The notes beneath the pieces were generated by a model, which was given only the letters and a program-made list of their open reading frames with translations, searched no databases and was not told where the DNA came from. A stretch of DNA of 64,000 nt from positions 11,375-75,374 of the forward strand of contig WGDC01000052.1 of NCBI GenBank assembly GCA_015493475.1. The letters run 5' to 3'. Of the stretch, positions 19,366 through 30,319 are shown piece by piece. Each line of letters starts with the position of its first letter. Positions within the stretch are counted from its first letter, which is position 1. The translations under genes and the position numbers were made by a program. Origin of the DNA: Deltaproteobacteria bacterium. Its GTDB lineage: Bacteria; Desulfobacterota; Dissulfuribacteria; Dissulfuribacterales; QOAL01.

Positions 19366-20331
19366 ATGCTCGGACTGGTTTCGGATATTGGCGGAACAAA
19401 CGCACGCATAGCCATTGTGAGGGACCTTGAGGTGGAAATCCTCAAGACCTATCCCACTGGCAACTTCGGCAGCGCCCTTGAACTCTTTAACCGCTTTAAA
19501 AAAGATGCAGGAATACGCCTTCCCTCAAGATGGGCAATTGCGGCGGCCGGTGTCTCCACGGAAGAAAGGATCCGCGGCACGAACATAGGGTGGGACATAG
19601 TGAAGGATGATCTTGTCGCCTCTTACAGGCTGGAAACGTGCCTGCTTCTTAACGACTTCGAAGCAGCCGCATATGGGCTTGCCTTTGCAGGCGGGGAAAG
19701 CCTGCAAAGGCTCGGCGGGGAAGAGCCGAAGGTGCAGGGCACAAAAATTCTATTGGGAGCGGGCACTGGCCTTGGAGAGGCCACATGCGTCTTTTGTGAA
19801 AAGGCGGGCTGGAAGGTCATAAGGAGCGAGGGAGGACACGCAAGCTTTGCGCCAATGGACGAAACGGAAGACAGGCTCCTAGAATTTCTAAGGGAAAAGT
19901 ATGAACATGTAAGCTACGAAAGAATACTGTCAGGGTCGGGCATTCTCGATCTATACAGCTTTTTCTCCCGTCATGGAGGCCTCCACCTGTCACGGAACAT
20001 AACAGAACCATCACAGGTCACCTACGGAGCAAAAACGGGCGACGAGGTGTGCAAAAAGACCATTGACCTCTTTTGCAAAATATATGGGGAGGAAGCCGGC
20101 AACTTTGCCCTTAAGACCTTCCCAGAGGGCGGCGTCTATCTTGCTGGGGGAGTTACACTCCACTTAGTTCAGAGGCTTGAAGACGGTCTTTTCAGGAAGG
20201 GCTTTGAAGCAAAAGGCAGAATGGAGAGACTGTTGAAAGACATACCGGTCTTCATAGTCAAGGAACCTTACATCGGGATACTTGGAAGCGCATACAGGCT
20301 TCTACACACCTGTGTGGCCAAAACCGCCTGA
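19366..20331 (+). CDS. glk: Glucokinase
   Basis: [15 protein letters not shown]-terminus and ROK/Glk-like body. Confidence 0.8.
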   Translation: MLGLVSDIGGTNARIAIVRDLEVEILKTYPTGNFGSALELFNRFKKDAGIRLPSRWAIAAAGVSTEERIRGTNIGWDIVKDDLVASYRLETCLLLNDFEAAAYGLAFAGGESLQRLGGEEPKVQGTKILLGAGTGLGEATCVFCEKAGWKVIRSEGGHASFAPMDETEDRLLEFLREKYEHVSYERILSGSGILDLYSFFSRHGGLHLSRNITEPSQVTYGAKTGDEVCKKTIDLFCKIYGEEAGNFALKTFPEGGVYLAGGVTLHLVQRLEDGLFRKGFEAKGRMERLLKDIPVFIVKEPYIGILGSAYRLLHTCVAKTA

Positions 20332-20781
20332 GCCCCTATCCGTGGTTGAAAGCTTCGCTGCCTCTTTCCACGACACCCTGTAAACCCTTGAAAGGACGGC
20401 TTGGGCAATCCTCATGCCACGAGCAATTTCAAAGGCTTCCCCGCCAAGATTGATGAGAGCCACCTTTATCTCCCCCCTGTAGTCAGAGTCAATGGTGCCA
20501 GGGGCGTTAATCACGGTGATGCCATGCCTTATGGCAAGCCCGCTTCTCGGCCTTACCTGTATCTCAAAACCAGTTGGAATTGCAACCCGAAGCCCCGTTG
20601 GCACCAGGACCGTATCGCCGGGAGGCAGGGATAGCGGACCATCTATGGCTGCCATCAGGTCCATACCGGAGGAACCGGCCGTAGCGTAGAAAGGAAGGGG
20701 GAGGCCCTTGTAATGCCCCAGGGTGGATACAACAACCCCTACCTCGTTAACTGTCAATTCCACGATAGCATCTTCCTGCAT
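20302..20781 (-). CDS. dut: dUTP diphosphatase
   Basis: [21 protein letters not shown] and C-terminal [10 protein letters not shown]. Start placed at internal Met (20781). Confidence 0.9.
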   Translation of the reverse strand: MQEDAIVELTVNEVGVVVSTLGHYKGLPLPFYATAGSSGMDLMAAIDGPLSLPPGDTVLVPTGLRVAIPTGFEIQVRPRSGLAIRHGITVINAPGTIDSDYRGEIKVALINLGGEAFEIARGMRIAQAVLSRVYRVSWKEAAKLSTTDRGSGGFGHTGV

Positions 20782-22025
20782 CTTTCCATGTCCGTATCTG
20801 ACAACGGGCCAAGAAAGGTGGCCGCCACTCCGTCGGAAAGGTATCTGCCCGCGCACCGCCTTATCTCGCTGCAGTCTACCTCATCAATCTTTGCCACCAC
20901 TTCCTCATAGGAAATGTAATCCCCGAGGTCTATCTCGTTCCTTGCTATTCTCGTCATCCTGGAGTCTGTATTGTCAGCTGACAGCAGGATTCCTCCCTTA
21001 ATGTTGTCCTTGGCCGCTGCAAGCTCCGCATGGCTTACGTCTTCGGAAGCGAGCCTCTCGAGTTCCTCTTTGACAAGGGATACAACCTTGCAGGTATTTT
21101 CAGGGGCAACCCCCGCATATATCCCGAGACACCCGGCGTCCTGCAAGGTGGAGACAAAGGAATAGACGGCATAAGCCAAACCCCTTTTCTCCCGAATTTC
21201 CTGAAACAGACGGGAACTCATGGAACCTCCGAGGATCACGTTCATTAAAAGCGCTGGATAACGCGCCGGGTCAACGGATGACGGACCGTTAAGCCCCACC
21301 ATGATGTGGGTCTGTTCAAGGTCCTTGGGCTGAAAAAAACAGTCAAAGTTTCCCCTCGGAGGCTGCCTGTAGCCTGTGCCAGAACCGTTTGAAAGGCCGG
21401 AAAATAGCGATTCGATCTTCCTTGAAAATTCATCGTGGCGGATATTGCCGGCAGCAGAAACAAGTACACGGGAGGCCGTTGCGAACCGGCCCATATGGGC
21501 CTTTAGATGGGAAGAGCCTATTTTCTCCACTGTCTCACGTGTTCCAAGTATTGAGCGTTCCAGAGGATTTCCCTTCCAGAATTTTCTGTTGAAAAGCTCA
21601 TGGACCAGATCGTCCGGGGAATCCTCCACCATGCTTATCTCTTGGAGTATAACCTGCCGTTCCCTTTCTACCTCAAGGGGATCAAATGTGGAATTCAGGA
21701 ATATATCCGCCAGGAGATCAAGAACTATTTCGAGATGCTCGTCAAGCACCTTTGCGTGAAAACAGGTAGTCTCCTTGGACGTAAAGGCGTTGGAAAAACC
21801 GCCAAGACGGTCAAAGGTCTTAGCTATGTCAAGGGCGCTCCTATTTTCCGTACCCTTGAATATCATGTGCTCTATAAAATGGGATATGCCTGAAAATTCG
21901 CCGGGCTCGTCCCGGCTGCCTGTAGCAACCCAGATACCAACAGAAACGGCGCGACTTCCAGGAAGCCGTTCGGTCAGCACCCTTACCCCGTTGGGGAGAG
22001 TGGACTTTCTAAAATCGTGATTCAT
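20754..22025 (-). CDS. M16 family zinc peptidase (insulinase-like)
   Basis: [11 protein letters not shown] (HxxEH) motif and ~420-aa two-lobe size. Confidence 0.85.
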   Translation of the reverse strand: MNHDFRKSTLPNGVRVLTERLPGSRAVSVGIWVATGSRDEPGEFSGISHFIEHMIFKGTENRSALDIAKTFDRLGGFSNAFTSKETTCFHAKVLDEHLEIVLDLLADIFLNSTFDPLEVERERQVILQEISMVEDSPDDLVHELFNRKFWKGNPLERSILGTRETVEKIGSSHLKAHMGRFATASRVLVSAAGNIRHDEFSRKIESLFSGLSNGSGTGYRQPPRGNFDCFFQPKDLEQTHIMVGLNGPSSVDPARYPALLMNVILGGSMSSRLFQEIREKRGLAYAVYSFVSTLQDAGCLGIYAGVAPENTCKVVSLVKEELERLASEDVSHAELAAAKDNIKGGILLSADNTDSRMTRIARNEIDLGDYISYEEVVAKIDEVDCSEIRRCAGRYLSDGVAATFLGPLSDTDMERCRKMLSWN

Positions 22026-22046
22026 TGTCCAAGGCCTCCTTCAGGA

Positions 22047-24131
22047 CTACAAGAGTACTTTCCGGCTAAGTTTCACCCTGTGCTGATCATCAATATCTAT
22101 TACCTTGACCTTAATCCTGTCACCTTCCTTCAATACATCGCGAACGCTGTTTATTCGCCTGTTTTCAATCTGGGAGATGTGAAGGAGCCCGTCTGTTCCT
22201 GGCAGTATTTCCACAAAGGCCCCAAAATCAACAATGCGTTTTACAACGCCTTCGTACACCTCGCCCACTTCGGGAACCCTTGTTATGCGCTCAATCTCCT
22301 TGACGGCCATTTCTGCCGCATCGGAGGACACACTAAACACGTGAACCTCTCCCGTGTCCTCTATGTCTATCTTTGCCCCCGTCTCGGCAACAATTGCCTT
22401 GATGGTCTTGCCTCCCGGCCCTATCAGGTCCTTTATCTTCTCAGGACTGATGGTGAGATTTGTAACCCTCGGAGCATACTTTGACAATTCCTGTCTCGGG
22501 CTCGAAATGACCTTTTGCATCTTGGACAAGATGAATCCCCTGCCCTCCATAGCCTGGACCAGGGCCTGATGAAGGATGTCCCTTGAAATCCCCTTGACCT
22601 TGATGTCCATCTGAAGCGCCGTTATGCCCTCCTGGGTCCCTGCAACCTTGAAATCCATATCTCCAAGATGATCCTCGTCTCCAAGGATGTCTGAAAGTAT
22701 CACGGATCTGCCTGACTCCTGATCCATTATTAGCCCCATTGCAATACCCGCCACCATGTCACGTATGGGCACACCAGCATCCATCATTGCAAGGCATCCA
22801 CCGCAAACAGTAGCCATGGAAGAAGAACCGTTGGACTCAAGTACCTCCGACACCACCCTTATGGTATAAAGGAAATCATCCGGCAGCGGTATAACTGCCG
22901 CAAGGGCCCTTTCCGCCAAGGCTCCGTGCCCTATGTCCCTCCTGGCAGGCCCCCTCATGGGACGCACCTCCCCTACACTAAAAGGCGTAAAATTATAGTG
23001 CAAAATAAAATGTTTGAACTGCTGTCCTGCCGGAGATTCTATCCTCTGCTCGTCTTCCGAGGAACCGAGGGTGGTGACCGCGAGCACCTGGGTCTCCCCC
23101 CTTGTGAAGATGGCCGACCCATGGGTACGGGGTAGTACCCCGACTTCGCAAGTAATGGGCCTTATCTCATTAAATTTCCTCCCATCAATCCTGGTCCCTC
23201 CGTCGAGGATCATGGAACGCATGATCTCCTTCTCAATATCTTTCAGCACGGAAGATATCTCAGGCCCACCGTCGGGATATGCTACTGAAAGCTCCTCGAT
23301 AATCTTTTCCTTGAGTATCTTCTTGGCATGATTCCTCTCCACCTTGGACGGGATGGATAGGGCTGCTTCAAGGTCCTTGTACGCAAGCTCCCTTACCTTC
23401 TTCTCAAGCTCCTCATCCCTTTCAGGCGGAACCACAACAAATTTCTCCTTGCCAGCCTCAGAGCGCAGTTTCTCCTGAAGCTCTATGAGAGGCCGGATGG
23501 CCTCCTGGGCAAACAGGATGGCGTCGAGGACCACCTCCTCTGTAACAACGGAGGCACATCCCTCCACCATGACCACAGCGTCCATGGAACCGGCCACTAT
23601 GAGATTCAGATCCGATTCCAGGAGCTGAGATCTGGTAGGATTTACTATATAGCGGCCATCGACATGACCTATGCGGATACCGGCTATGGGTCCGTTGAAG
23701 GGGATATCCGATATTGTCAAGGCGGCAGAAGCTGCGGTTATGGCAAGTACGTCCGCATCCACGTCAGGGTCAACGGAAAGGGCCGACACGATAATCTGGG
23801 TATCGTAATTATAACCCTCGGGGAAGAGGGGCCTAAGTGGCCTGTCAATGAATCGGGAAGTGAGAGTCTCCTTTTCGCTTGGCCTCCCTATTTCCCTTCT
23901 AAAATAGTTGCCCGGAATCCTGCCGGAACTGTAATACATCTCCTGGTAATCGACCATAAGGGGTAAAAAATCGACCCCTTCCCTCGGCTTACCCGAACTG
24001 ACGGCTGTCGCAAGAACAACCGTCTCGCCGTGACTTGCCAATACGGCCCCGTTGGCCTGCTTGGCTAACCTTCCTGTTTCAAGAACGTAGGGAAGCCCGT
24101 TTATCTCTATCTCTGCTTTTATCATTGGCAT
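22047..24131 (-). CDS. pnp: Polyribonucleotide nucleotidyltransferase
   Basis: Two RNase PH domains followed by KH and S1 domains; full length. Confidence 0.97.
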   Translation of the reverse strand: MPMIKAEIEINGLPYVLETGRLAKQANGAVLASHGETVVLATAVSSGKPREGVDFLPLMVDYQEMYYSSGRIPGNYFRREIGRPSEKETLTSRFIDRPLRPLFPEGYNYDTQIIVSALSVDPDVDADVLAITAASAALTISDIPFNGPIAGIRIGHVDGRYIVNPTRSQLLESDLNLIVAGSMDAVVMVEGCASVVTEEVVLDAILFAQEAIRPLIELQEKLRSEAGKEKFVVVPPERDEELEKKVRELAYKDLEAALSIPSKVERNHAKKILKEKIIEELSVAYPDGGPEISSVLKDIEKEIMRSMILDGGTRIDGRKFNEIRPITCEVGVLPRTHGSAIFTRGETQVLAVTTLGSSEDEQRIESPAGQQFKHFILHYNFTPFSVGEVRPMRGPARRDIGHGALAERALAAVIPLPDDFLYTIRVVSEVLESNGSSSMATVCGGCLAMMDAGVPIRDMVAGIAMGLIMDQESGRSVILSDILGDEDHLGDMDFKVAGTQEGITALQMDIKVKGISRDILHQALVQAMEGRGFILSKMQKVISSPRQELSKYAPRVTNLTISPEKIKDLIGPGGKTIKAIVAETGAKIDIEDTGEVHVFSVSSDAAEMAVKEIERITRVPEVGEVYEGVVKRIVDFGAFVEILPGTDGLLHISQIENRRINSVRDVLKEGDRIKVKVIDIDDQHRVKLSRKVLL

Positions 24132-24163
24132 CTAACTACCTGTACCTTTACTTTTTTGTTCTC

Positions 24164-24433
24164 TTAACGCCTTAGTCCAAGTTCCTGGATAATCTTCCTG
24201 TAGCGACCCACGTCCTTCCTCTTGAGATAATCAAGCAGCCTGCGCCTCTGCCCCACAAGTTTAAGAAGGCCCCTCCTTGAAGAATGGTCCTTTTTATGCA
24301 CCTTGAAATGTTCCGTAAGATACTGAATCCTTGTTGTCAAAAGGGCAATCTGCACCTCTGGAGAACCGGTATCGCCATCATGGGTCTTGAATCTTTCGAT
24401 TATCTCCTTTTTACGTACTGGATCTAGTGCCAC
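24164..24433 (-). CDS. rpsO: 30S ribosomal protein S15
   Basis: 89 aa, [14 protein letters not shown]...[16 protein letters not shown]. Confidence 0.97.
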   Translation of the reverse strand: MALDPVRKKEIIERFKTHDGDTGSPEVQIALLTTRIQYLTEHFKVHKKDHSSRRGLLKLVGQRRRLLDYLKRKDVGRYRKIIQELGLRR

Positions 24434-24479
24434 AACTGTATTCCTCCTTGTAACATTTTGTTTTTGTCATTAATCTCAC

Positions 24480-25427
24480 TTAGTTAGGATTCCAAACCCT
24501 TAAAATCTCGAGGCCTTTCTTGTTGTTGCCAAAGTCGGGCCACCTTGCCATGCACACCAGCCTATGACCTCCTGCCTCATCCCTTGCCATGATCCTTAGG
24601 TAATCTGCCCTTATGCCACTTGACCCTTCCAACTGCTCCCGCATGTAATCCATTACTCTGGCAAGGCCTATTCCTCGGCCCTGCTCAATCAAAAGGGCCT
24701 CCTCACTGTTCACCTCTATGGCTGGAATGTGGGAAAGCACGAGCTCCACCGGAATAATCCTCTGCCTGATTTCGCCCGGTTCATGTTCCAGGACATGCCT
24801 CACAGGTACGGCTTCGTCAACTGACAGGAACCCGCTCCTAAGCCGCCTTAGCCCGGAAAGGGTCGCTCCGCAGCCCAGTACCCTGCCCATCTCGTGGGCC
24901 AAGGTCCTGATATAGGTCCCCTTGGAACAGTGAACAAGAAAATCGAAATGCGGGGGGCTGAAACCGGTAACCCGGAAATCGTATATAGAGACCTGTTTAG
25001 GCTCTTTTTTTATGGTTATTCCATTCCTGGCGAGTCTGTATAGAGGCACTCCCTTGTACTTGGCCGCCGAATAAGCAGGTGGAACCTGGGAAATAATGCC
25101 CTTGAAGCTGCTTGCTGCGCGCTGGACGTCTTCCATAGTGAGCCTGGGTGGAACTAATGCACGGGAAACCACCGCGCCTTCCATATCATAGGTTTCGGTT
25201 TCTACTCCAAGGGTCATACGGCCCTGATAAAGCTTGTCGGCATCGGTAAGAAAGCGGGCCATCTTGGTGGCTCTGCCGATACAGACCACCAACAGGCCGG
25301 TCGCCATTGGGTCAAGTGTTCCGGTATGACCTGCCTTTTTCACCCCGAGACGGCGCTTCACGCATTCCACCACTTTGCAAGACGTCATCCCCTCCGGTTT
25401 ATCGAGTATGAGAACACCGTTTTTCAT
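24480..25427 (-). CDS. truB: tRNA pseudouridine(55) synthase
   Basis: GVLILDKPEGMTS...KAGHTGTLDPMATGLL. Confidence 0.95.
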   Translation of the reverse strand: MKNGVLILDKPEGMTSCKVVECVKRRLGVKKAGHTGTLDPMATGLLVVCIGRATKMARFLTDADKLYQGRMTLGVETETYDMEGAVVSRALVPPRLTMEDVQRAASSFKGIISQVPPAYSAAKYKGVPLYRLARNGITIKKEPKQVSIYDFRVTGFSPPHFDFLVHCSKGTYIRTLAHEMGRVLGCGATLSGLRRLRSGFLSVDEAVPVRHVLEHEPGEIRQRIIPVELVLSHIPAIEVNSEEALLIEQGRGIGLARVMDYMREQLEGSSGIRADYLRIMARDEAGGHRLVCMARWPDFGNNKKGLEILRVWNPN

Positions 25428-26410
25428 GAGCCCTTCCTGCCGAGATATGAACCAGCAATCTCTATGAGTTTTTCCTTGATTTCCCGGGGGTTGCCTGCCA
25501 GGCGGAAGCCTGCCGCATTGAAGTGGCCCCCACCCCCAAACTCGCCTGCAAGCTCGGCAACGTTAACGAACCTCTTTGAGCGAAGGCTTACCGAGACAAT
25601 ACCGGGCTTTGCCTCCTTAATGAGGGCCGCCACTTCCACCGTATCGAGTGAACGGGCATAAGAAACAAAATCGTCGGTCTCCGCCTCTCTTGCGCCGCAA
25701 ACCTCAAACATTTCCGGGTTGATGGCCATGATGGACAGGAGGCCGTTATAATGCACCTCGAGTGTCTCAAGGGCAAGGCCGAGGAGTTTGAGCTTGGAAA
25801 GAGGCCTTGACTCGAAACACCTGAGGGATATTTCGTATGGATCAGCGCCTGAAAGGACCAACTCCCTTGCAAGCTCAAAGGCCCTAACGCTGGTATTGCT
25901 GTAACGAAATCCACCGGTATCAGTCAGCATTGCCGTATAAATGCAGGTCGCAACATCTTTTGTAATTTCCCAGCCAAGTTCCCTGAAAAGATCGAAACAA
26001 AGCGAGGCCGTTGCACACGCCCGGGTGTTGATAATGCTGACGCATGGCACTGAAATATCGCCACAAAACCCGTCACCGAGATGGTGATCAAGAATCATGG
26101 CGCTGTCACAAAACTCAAGGGCCTTTCTACCGTCCTTTCCAACCCTCTCAATTTCGTTGCAGTCAAGCACCACGAGACAGTAGGAACCAGGGACCCATTC
26201 CGGAAGCTCATGTGCTATTTCCGTGACACCTGGCAAAAAGTCCAGGGATGGCGGCACCTCGTCCTGCGTAAAAAGGAAGCATTCCTTTCCGCAGGCCCTA
26301 AGCATGTGCCCCATTGACAGCACCGAACCGGCTGCGTCTCCGTCAGGCCTCTCGTGGGCAGTTACTAGAAAGCGGTCCTTGGATGTCACAAGCTGCGCCG
26401 CCTCTTTCAT
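25424..26410 (-). CDS. DHH/DHHA1 phosphoesterase (NrnA-like)
   Basis: HERPDGDAAGS, ILDHH, and GGGGH near the C-terminus. Start placed at Met 26410, just after the rbfA stop. Confidence 0.8.
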   Translation of the reverse strand: MKEAAQLVTSKDRFLVTAHERPDGDAAGSVLSMGHMLRACGKECFLFTQDEVPPSLDFLPGVTEIAHELPEWVPGSYCLVVLDCNEIERVGKDGRKALEFCDSAMILDHHLGDGFCGDISVPCVSIINTRACATASLCFDLFRELGWEITKDVATCIYTAMLTDTGGFRYSNTSVRAFELARELVLSGADPYEISLRCFESRPLSKLKLLGLALETLEVHYNGLLSIMAINPEMFEVCGAREAETDDFVSYARSLDTVEVAALIKEAKPGIVSVSLRSKRFVNVAELAGEFGGGGHFNAAGFRLAGNPREIKEKLIEIAGSYLGRKGS

Positions 26411-26417
26411 GCTGCTC

Positions 26418-26810
26418 CTATTCTTCTTCATGGATCTTCCTGAAGAGGTGCTCAAGGCGTTCCTGCTCTTTGAGGGTCTCGTCTATCTTGAAATGCAATT
26501 CTGGTATCCGTCTCATCCTTATCCGCCTACCGAGGCTCTTCCGTATGAAACCAGCAGCCTTGGAAAGTCCCTTTAAGGCATCTTGCTCCCTTTTTGCACC
26601 GCCAAGAACGGATACGTAAAAATCAGCATGCCTTATATCCTTTGTCACCTTGACAGACACCACGGTTACCAATCCCTGAACTCTTGGGTCTTTGAGCTCG
26701 AAAAGGAGCATATTTGCCACCTCTTTCTTGAGCAGGTCCGCAACCCGGTCCGCCCTTGTAAAGGAGGGACGCGCCGAAAAACCCGTATCAAAAATTTCAA
26801 AGTCCATCAC
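26418..26810 (-). CDS. rbfA: Ribosome-binding factor A
   Basis: RADRVADLLKKEVANML...DPRV...VTVVSVKVTKD pattern and position after infB. Confidence 0.9.
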   Translation of the reverse strand: MMDFEIFDTGFSARPSFTRADRVADLLKKEVANMLLFELKDPRVQGLVTVVSVKVTKDIRHADFYVSVLGGAKREQDALKGLSKAAGFIRKSLGRRIRMRRIPELHFKIDETLKEQERLEHLFRKIHEEE

Positions 26811-27100
26811 TTACCCATATGAATGATCTCGAGCATAGAATCAACTACGTCAACCTGGCTTGACGACTCCACGAAGCCGAGTATCCTCTCCATTACAGAT
26901 GAAAGCATGGGCTCACTGTTACCCACAGTGCAGACACCTATCTCCGCTGTCTGCCAGACGTCATGAAAACTCACCTCTGCACAGGCAACGTTGTACCGGT
27001 TCCTCACCTGGCTCACCATGCTCTTTACCACCTTCCTTTTGCCCTTGAGGGAATGGGTATCGGGGAGGTGAAGCTTGATTCTTGCTACCGCGACTACCAT
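26807..27100 (-). CDS. DUF503 (YlxP-like) protein
   Basis: ARIKLHLPDTHSLKGKRKVVKS motif and conserved infB-rbfA position. Confidence 0.8.
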   Translation of the reverse strand: MVVAVARIKLHLPDTHSLKGKRKVVKSMVSQVRNRYNVACAEVSFHDVWQTAEIGVCTVGNSEPMLSSVMERILGFVESSSQVDVVDSMLEIIHMGK

Positions 27101-29977
27101 CTATTCCTGCTCGGATTTTTTTCCTTCCTCTCCGGCATCCACGGAAGTTCCAATGTCGGGGGTCACCTCTTTCATTTCGAAGGCCTCTATGACATCCCCC
27201 ACCTTGATATCGTTGTACTTCTCAAGGCCGATACCGCACTCGTACCCTGCCTGGACCTCCTTTACATCATCCTTAAAACGCCTGATCGACTCGATCCTTC
27301 CGGTATATACCACCACGTTCTCCCTGAGCAATCTTGCCTCGGCGTTTCTCCTCATCACGCCATCGAGCACGTAGCAGCCCGCAACGGTTCCCACCTTTGC
27401 TATGTGGAAGGTCTGCCGCACCTCCGCCCTGCCCAGAGTGGTTTCCTTGTAAACCGGTTCGAGAAGACCTGTCATTGCGCCCTTGATCTCTTCGAGGGCG
27501 TGGTAGATGACATTGTAAAACCTTATGTCAACGTGTTCCTTGACCGCAAGCTGCTTTGCCTGGGGACTTGGCTTCACGTTGAAACCTATAATTATTGCAT
27601 CCGAAGCAGAGGCAAGCAGTACGTCGGACTCGGTAATCGCGCCAATACCACCACGGACGATATCTATCTTGATCTTGTCGGTACTGAGTTTTCTGAAGGC
27701 GTCGCTGAGGGCCTCGAGCGAGCCCTGAACATCCGCTTTAACGATGATATTCAAGACCTTGAGATCCTGCTCTTTCATCTTTTCAAAGACTGTTTCGAGG
27801 CTTATTCGGCTACTCTTCGCAAGTTCCGCCTCCCTGGCCTTTCTCTGGCGGTACTCGGCCACCTCTCTCGCCTTCTTCTCCGTCGGCAGGACAACGAACT
27901 GGCTGCCTGCGTCAGGCACCCCGGAAAGTCCCTGGACCTCCACGGGCTTTGAAGGGCCTGCCTCTTCCACCTTCCGGCCCTTGTCGTCCAGCATAGCCCT
28001 GACCTTGCCGTAGTTGAGACCGCAAACCATGGCATCTCCCACCTTAAGGGTGCCCTCTTTTACAAGCAGGGTCGCTACGGGACCGCGTCCCTTGTCAAGC
28101 CTAGATTCGATTACATAGCCCGATGCTGGACGGTCCTTATCCGCCTTCAGCTCCAGGACCTCTGACTGAAGAACCATCATCTCGAGAAGCTCGTCTATGC
28201 CGTTGCCCATCTTGGCAGAGACATTCACAAATATGGTGTCGCCACCCCAGTCCTCCGGCATGAGTCCAAGCTCGGACAACTCGGTCTTCACCCTGTCCGG
28301 ATTGGCCCCTGGCTTGTCTATCTTGTTTACCGCAACGATTATTGGGACACCTGCCGCCCTGGCATGATCTATGGCCTCCCTGGTCTGGGCCATTACGCCA
28401 TCGTCTGCCGCCACAACGAGGATGACTAAGTCTGTGACGCTGGCTCCCCTGGCACGCATGGAGGTAAAGGCCTCATGACCTGGGGTATCAAGGAAAACAA
28501 CCTGTTCACCAGATGGCAGATGAACCTCATAAGCGCCTATGTGTTGGGTTATGCCACCTGCCTCTTTAGCAGCAATATCACTCTTCCTTATGGCATCAAG
28601 AAGCGTGGTCTTACCATGGTCAACGTGGCCCATTATGGTAACCACAGGCGGCCTCGGGACGTGTTCCCCGCCTTCCACCTTTTTCTGAACCTGCTCTATT
28701 ATGTCTTCAGCCACGCTCTTCTTTTCCACCTCGTATCCAAATTCGGAGGCAAGAAGCGCAGCCGTGTCGTAATCTATTGTCTGGTTAGCGGTGGCCATTA
28801 TGCCAAGGGACATAAGCTTCATTATCACCTCTGCCACCTTTACTCCCATCTTCTGGGCAAGCTCACTGACCTGTATGGTTTCAACCATCGAGATCTTGCG
28901 CTTTCCCGCCTTGGTTGGTGCGGTGCCAGCCGCCTTTTGCGCCTTCTGCGCCTTGACGCTCTTGGGTCCCTTCTTCCCCACCTTTGAAATGCCAGCTTCT
29001 TCCTTGAGTATCTCTCTTATAGCCTCCTTCCTGCCCCTCTTCTTAATGGGCCTTCTCTTCTTGGAAGGACCTCCAAGGTCCATGGCCTTAACAACCCTTT
29101 TGCCCTTCTTCTTGCCCTTTCCAGGCTTGGGGACAGGCCTTTCTCCAACTGACGCCCCTGGCCGCACGACCTTTTCTTTCCTCTTGGGTGGCTCCTTCTT
29201 TTCCGGTTTCTTGAGCTCTATCCTCGGCCTTTGGAGTATTTTTACATACTGTTTCGGCTCCCTATGCCTCGTCTCCTTGGCCTTCGGGGCCTCGGCCTCC
29301 TTTGCGGATTCCTCCTTCCCGGCCCCCTCCGTGCCGGGCTGCACAGATGTCTCCTTCTGCCCTTCAGCTTTCTTGGCTGCATCCTCTGCCACCACTTCTT
29401 CCTGAATAGCCTCATGGGGCCTGACTTCCCCGGCGGTTTCCTCCAAAACCCCGGTTTCTACGGCCTCAGCCTCCTTTTCCGCCTCTTGGGGTGAAACCGT
29501 CTCTTCAGGCGCCGGAGCCTCTTCCTTTTCCTCCTTTGGGGGAGCAGGACGAACAATCTTAACCCTTTCTGTGGTTACACTCTGCCTGACCCTTGCCTTT
29601 TCAACAGCCTTCTCTACCTGTTCTTTTTGAGGCGCGGTTTCAGGCGACCTTGCCTCCTTTATCTCCTCGGGGGTGACTTCCTGTTTCTCTTCCTTGTCCT
29701 CGGTCTTTCGAGGCACTGTCTTCCTGATTATTCTCTTTATATGAAGGACCTTGTGCTTTCTACGAATGACCTTTTTCTTGGATGCCGCTTCACCCTTGCC
29801 ATCATCCTTTTCAGTTTTTTGATCCTGAAGCCTTTTTCTGATCTCGCTTACCTCGTAATCCTCCAAGGTACTCATGTAGTTCTTTATTGGAAAACCAAGA
29901 TCCTTTATTTTGGCCTCCATCTCCTTGCTTGATACACCAAATTCCTTGGCAAGTTCATGAACTCGTATTTTTGACAT
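27101..29977 (-). CDS. infB: Translation initiation factor IF-2
   Basis: [14 protein letters not shown] GTPase, K/E/P-rich N-terminal region, full length. Confidence 0.97.
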   Translation of the reverse strand: MSKIRVHELAKEFGVSSKEMEAKIKDLGFPIKNYMSTLEDYEVSEIRKRLQDQKTEKDDGKGEAASKKKVIRRKHKVLHIKRIIRKTVPRKTEDKEEKQEVTPEEIKEARSPETAPQKEQVEKAVEKARVRQSVTTERVKIVRPAPPKEEKEEAPAPEETVSPQEAEKEAEAVETGVLEETAGEVRPHEAIQEEVVAEDAAKKAEGQKETSVQPGTEGAGKEESAKEAEAPKAKETRHREPKQYVKILQRPRIELKKPEKKEPPKRKEKVVRPGASVGERPVPKPGKGKKKGKRVVKAMDLGGPSKKRRPIKKRGRKEAIREILKEEAGISKVGKKGPKSVKAQKAQKAAGTAPTKAGKRKISMVETIQVSELAQKMGVKVAEVIMKLMSLGIMATANQTIDYDTAALLASEFGYEVEKKSVAEDIIEQVQKKVEGGEHVPRPPVVTIMGHVDHGKTTLLDAIRKSDIAAKEAGGITQHIGAYEVHLPSGEQVVFLDTPGHEAFTSMRARGASVTDLVILVVAADDGVMAQTREAIDHARAAGVPIIVAVNKIDKPGANPDRVKTELSELGLMPEDWGGDTIFVNVSAKMGNGIDELLEMMVLQSEVLELKADKDRPASGYVIESRLDKGRGPVATLLVKEGTLKVGDAMVCGLNYGKVRAMLDDKGRKVEEAGPSKPVEVQGLSGVPDAGSQFVVLPTEKKAREVAEYRQRKAREAELAKSSRISLETVFEKMKEQDLKVLNIIVKADVQGSLEALSDAFRKLSTDKIKIDIVRGGIGAITESDVLLASASDAIIIGFNVKPSPQAKQLAVKEHVDIRFYNVIYHALEEIKGAMTGLLEPVYKETTLGRAEVRQTFHIAKVGTVAGCYVLDGVMRRNAEARLLRENVVVYTGRIESIRRFKDDVKEVQAGYECGIGLEKYNDIKVGDVIEAFEMKEVTPDIGTSVDAGEEGKKSEQE

Positions 29978-29986
29978 TTTAAAAAA

Positions 29987-30310
29987 TCACCCCCGAATTA
30001 CATTGCTACCATCTTTAAGGCATAAAGGCTGCGTGTAAGAATCCCCTGTTACTGAAATCTTGAGCGCTCTTCTGAGGACGCCCTTTCTGTCAAGCCCTGA
30101 CATATTGAGACACTTCTCATTCCTACAACAATAAGCTCCCCGGCCCGGAAGGTTCATCTTTTCATCCACCCTGACGCCGTCCCCTTCTGCAACAAATCTA
30201 ACGAGTCCGCCCTTTGGATAACGTCTTCTGCAAAAAACGCACATCCGGACAGGCCCAAGTTCCGCCCCTTTCTTGGCATAGCCCGACCCTTTTCTGTCTG
30301 GTCCGCGCAT
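29987..30310 (-). CDS. YlxR/DUF448 RNA-binding protein
   Basis: RMCVFCRRRYPKGGLVRF motif between nusA and infB. Confidence 0.8.
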   Translation of the reverse strand: MRGPDRKGSGYAKKGAELGPVRMCVFCRRRYPKGGLVRFVAEGDGVRVDEKMNLPGRGAYCCRNEKCLNMSGLDRKGVLRRALKISVTGDSYTQPLCLKDGSNVIRG

Positions 30311-30319
30311 GCCTATCCA

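Noticed and set aside
28950-29750. Apparent short DNA repeats (cttc/ctcc/ggcc periodicity) on the plus strand.
   Set aside because: This is the antisense of the K/E/P/A-rich low-complexity N-terminal region of IF-2. It is a coding composition effect, not a repeat element or CRISPR.
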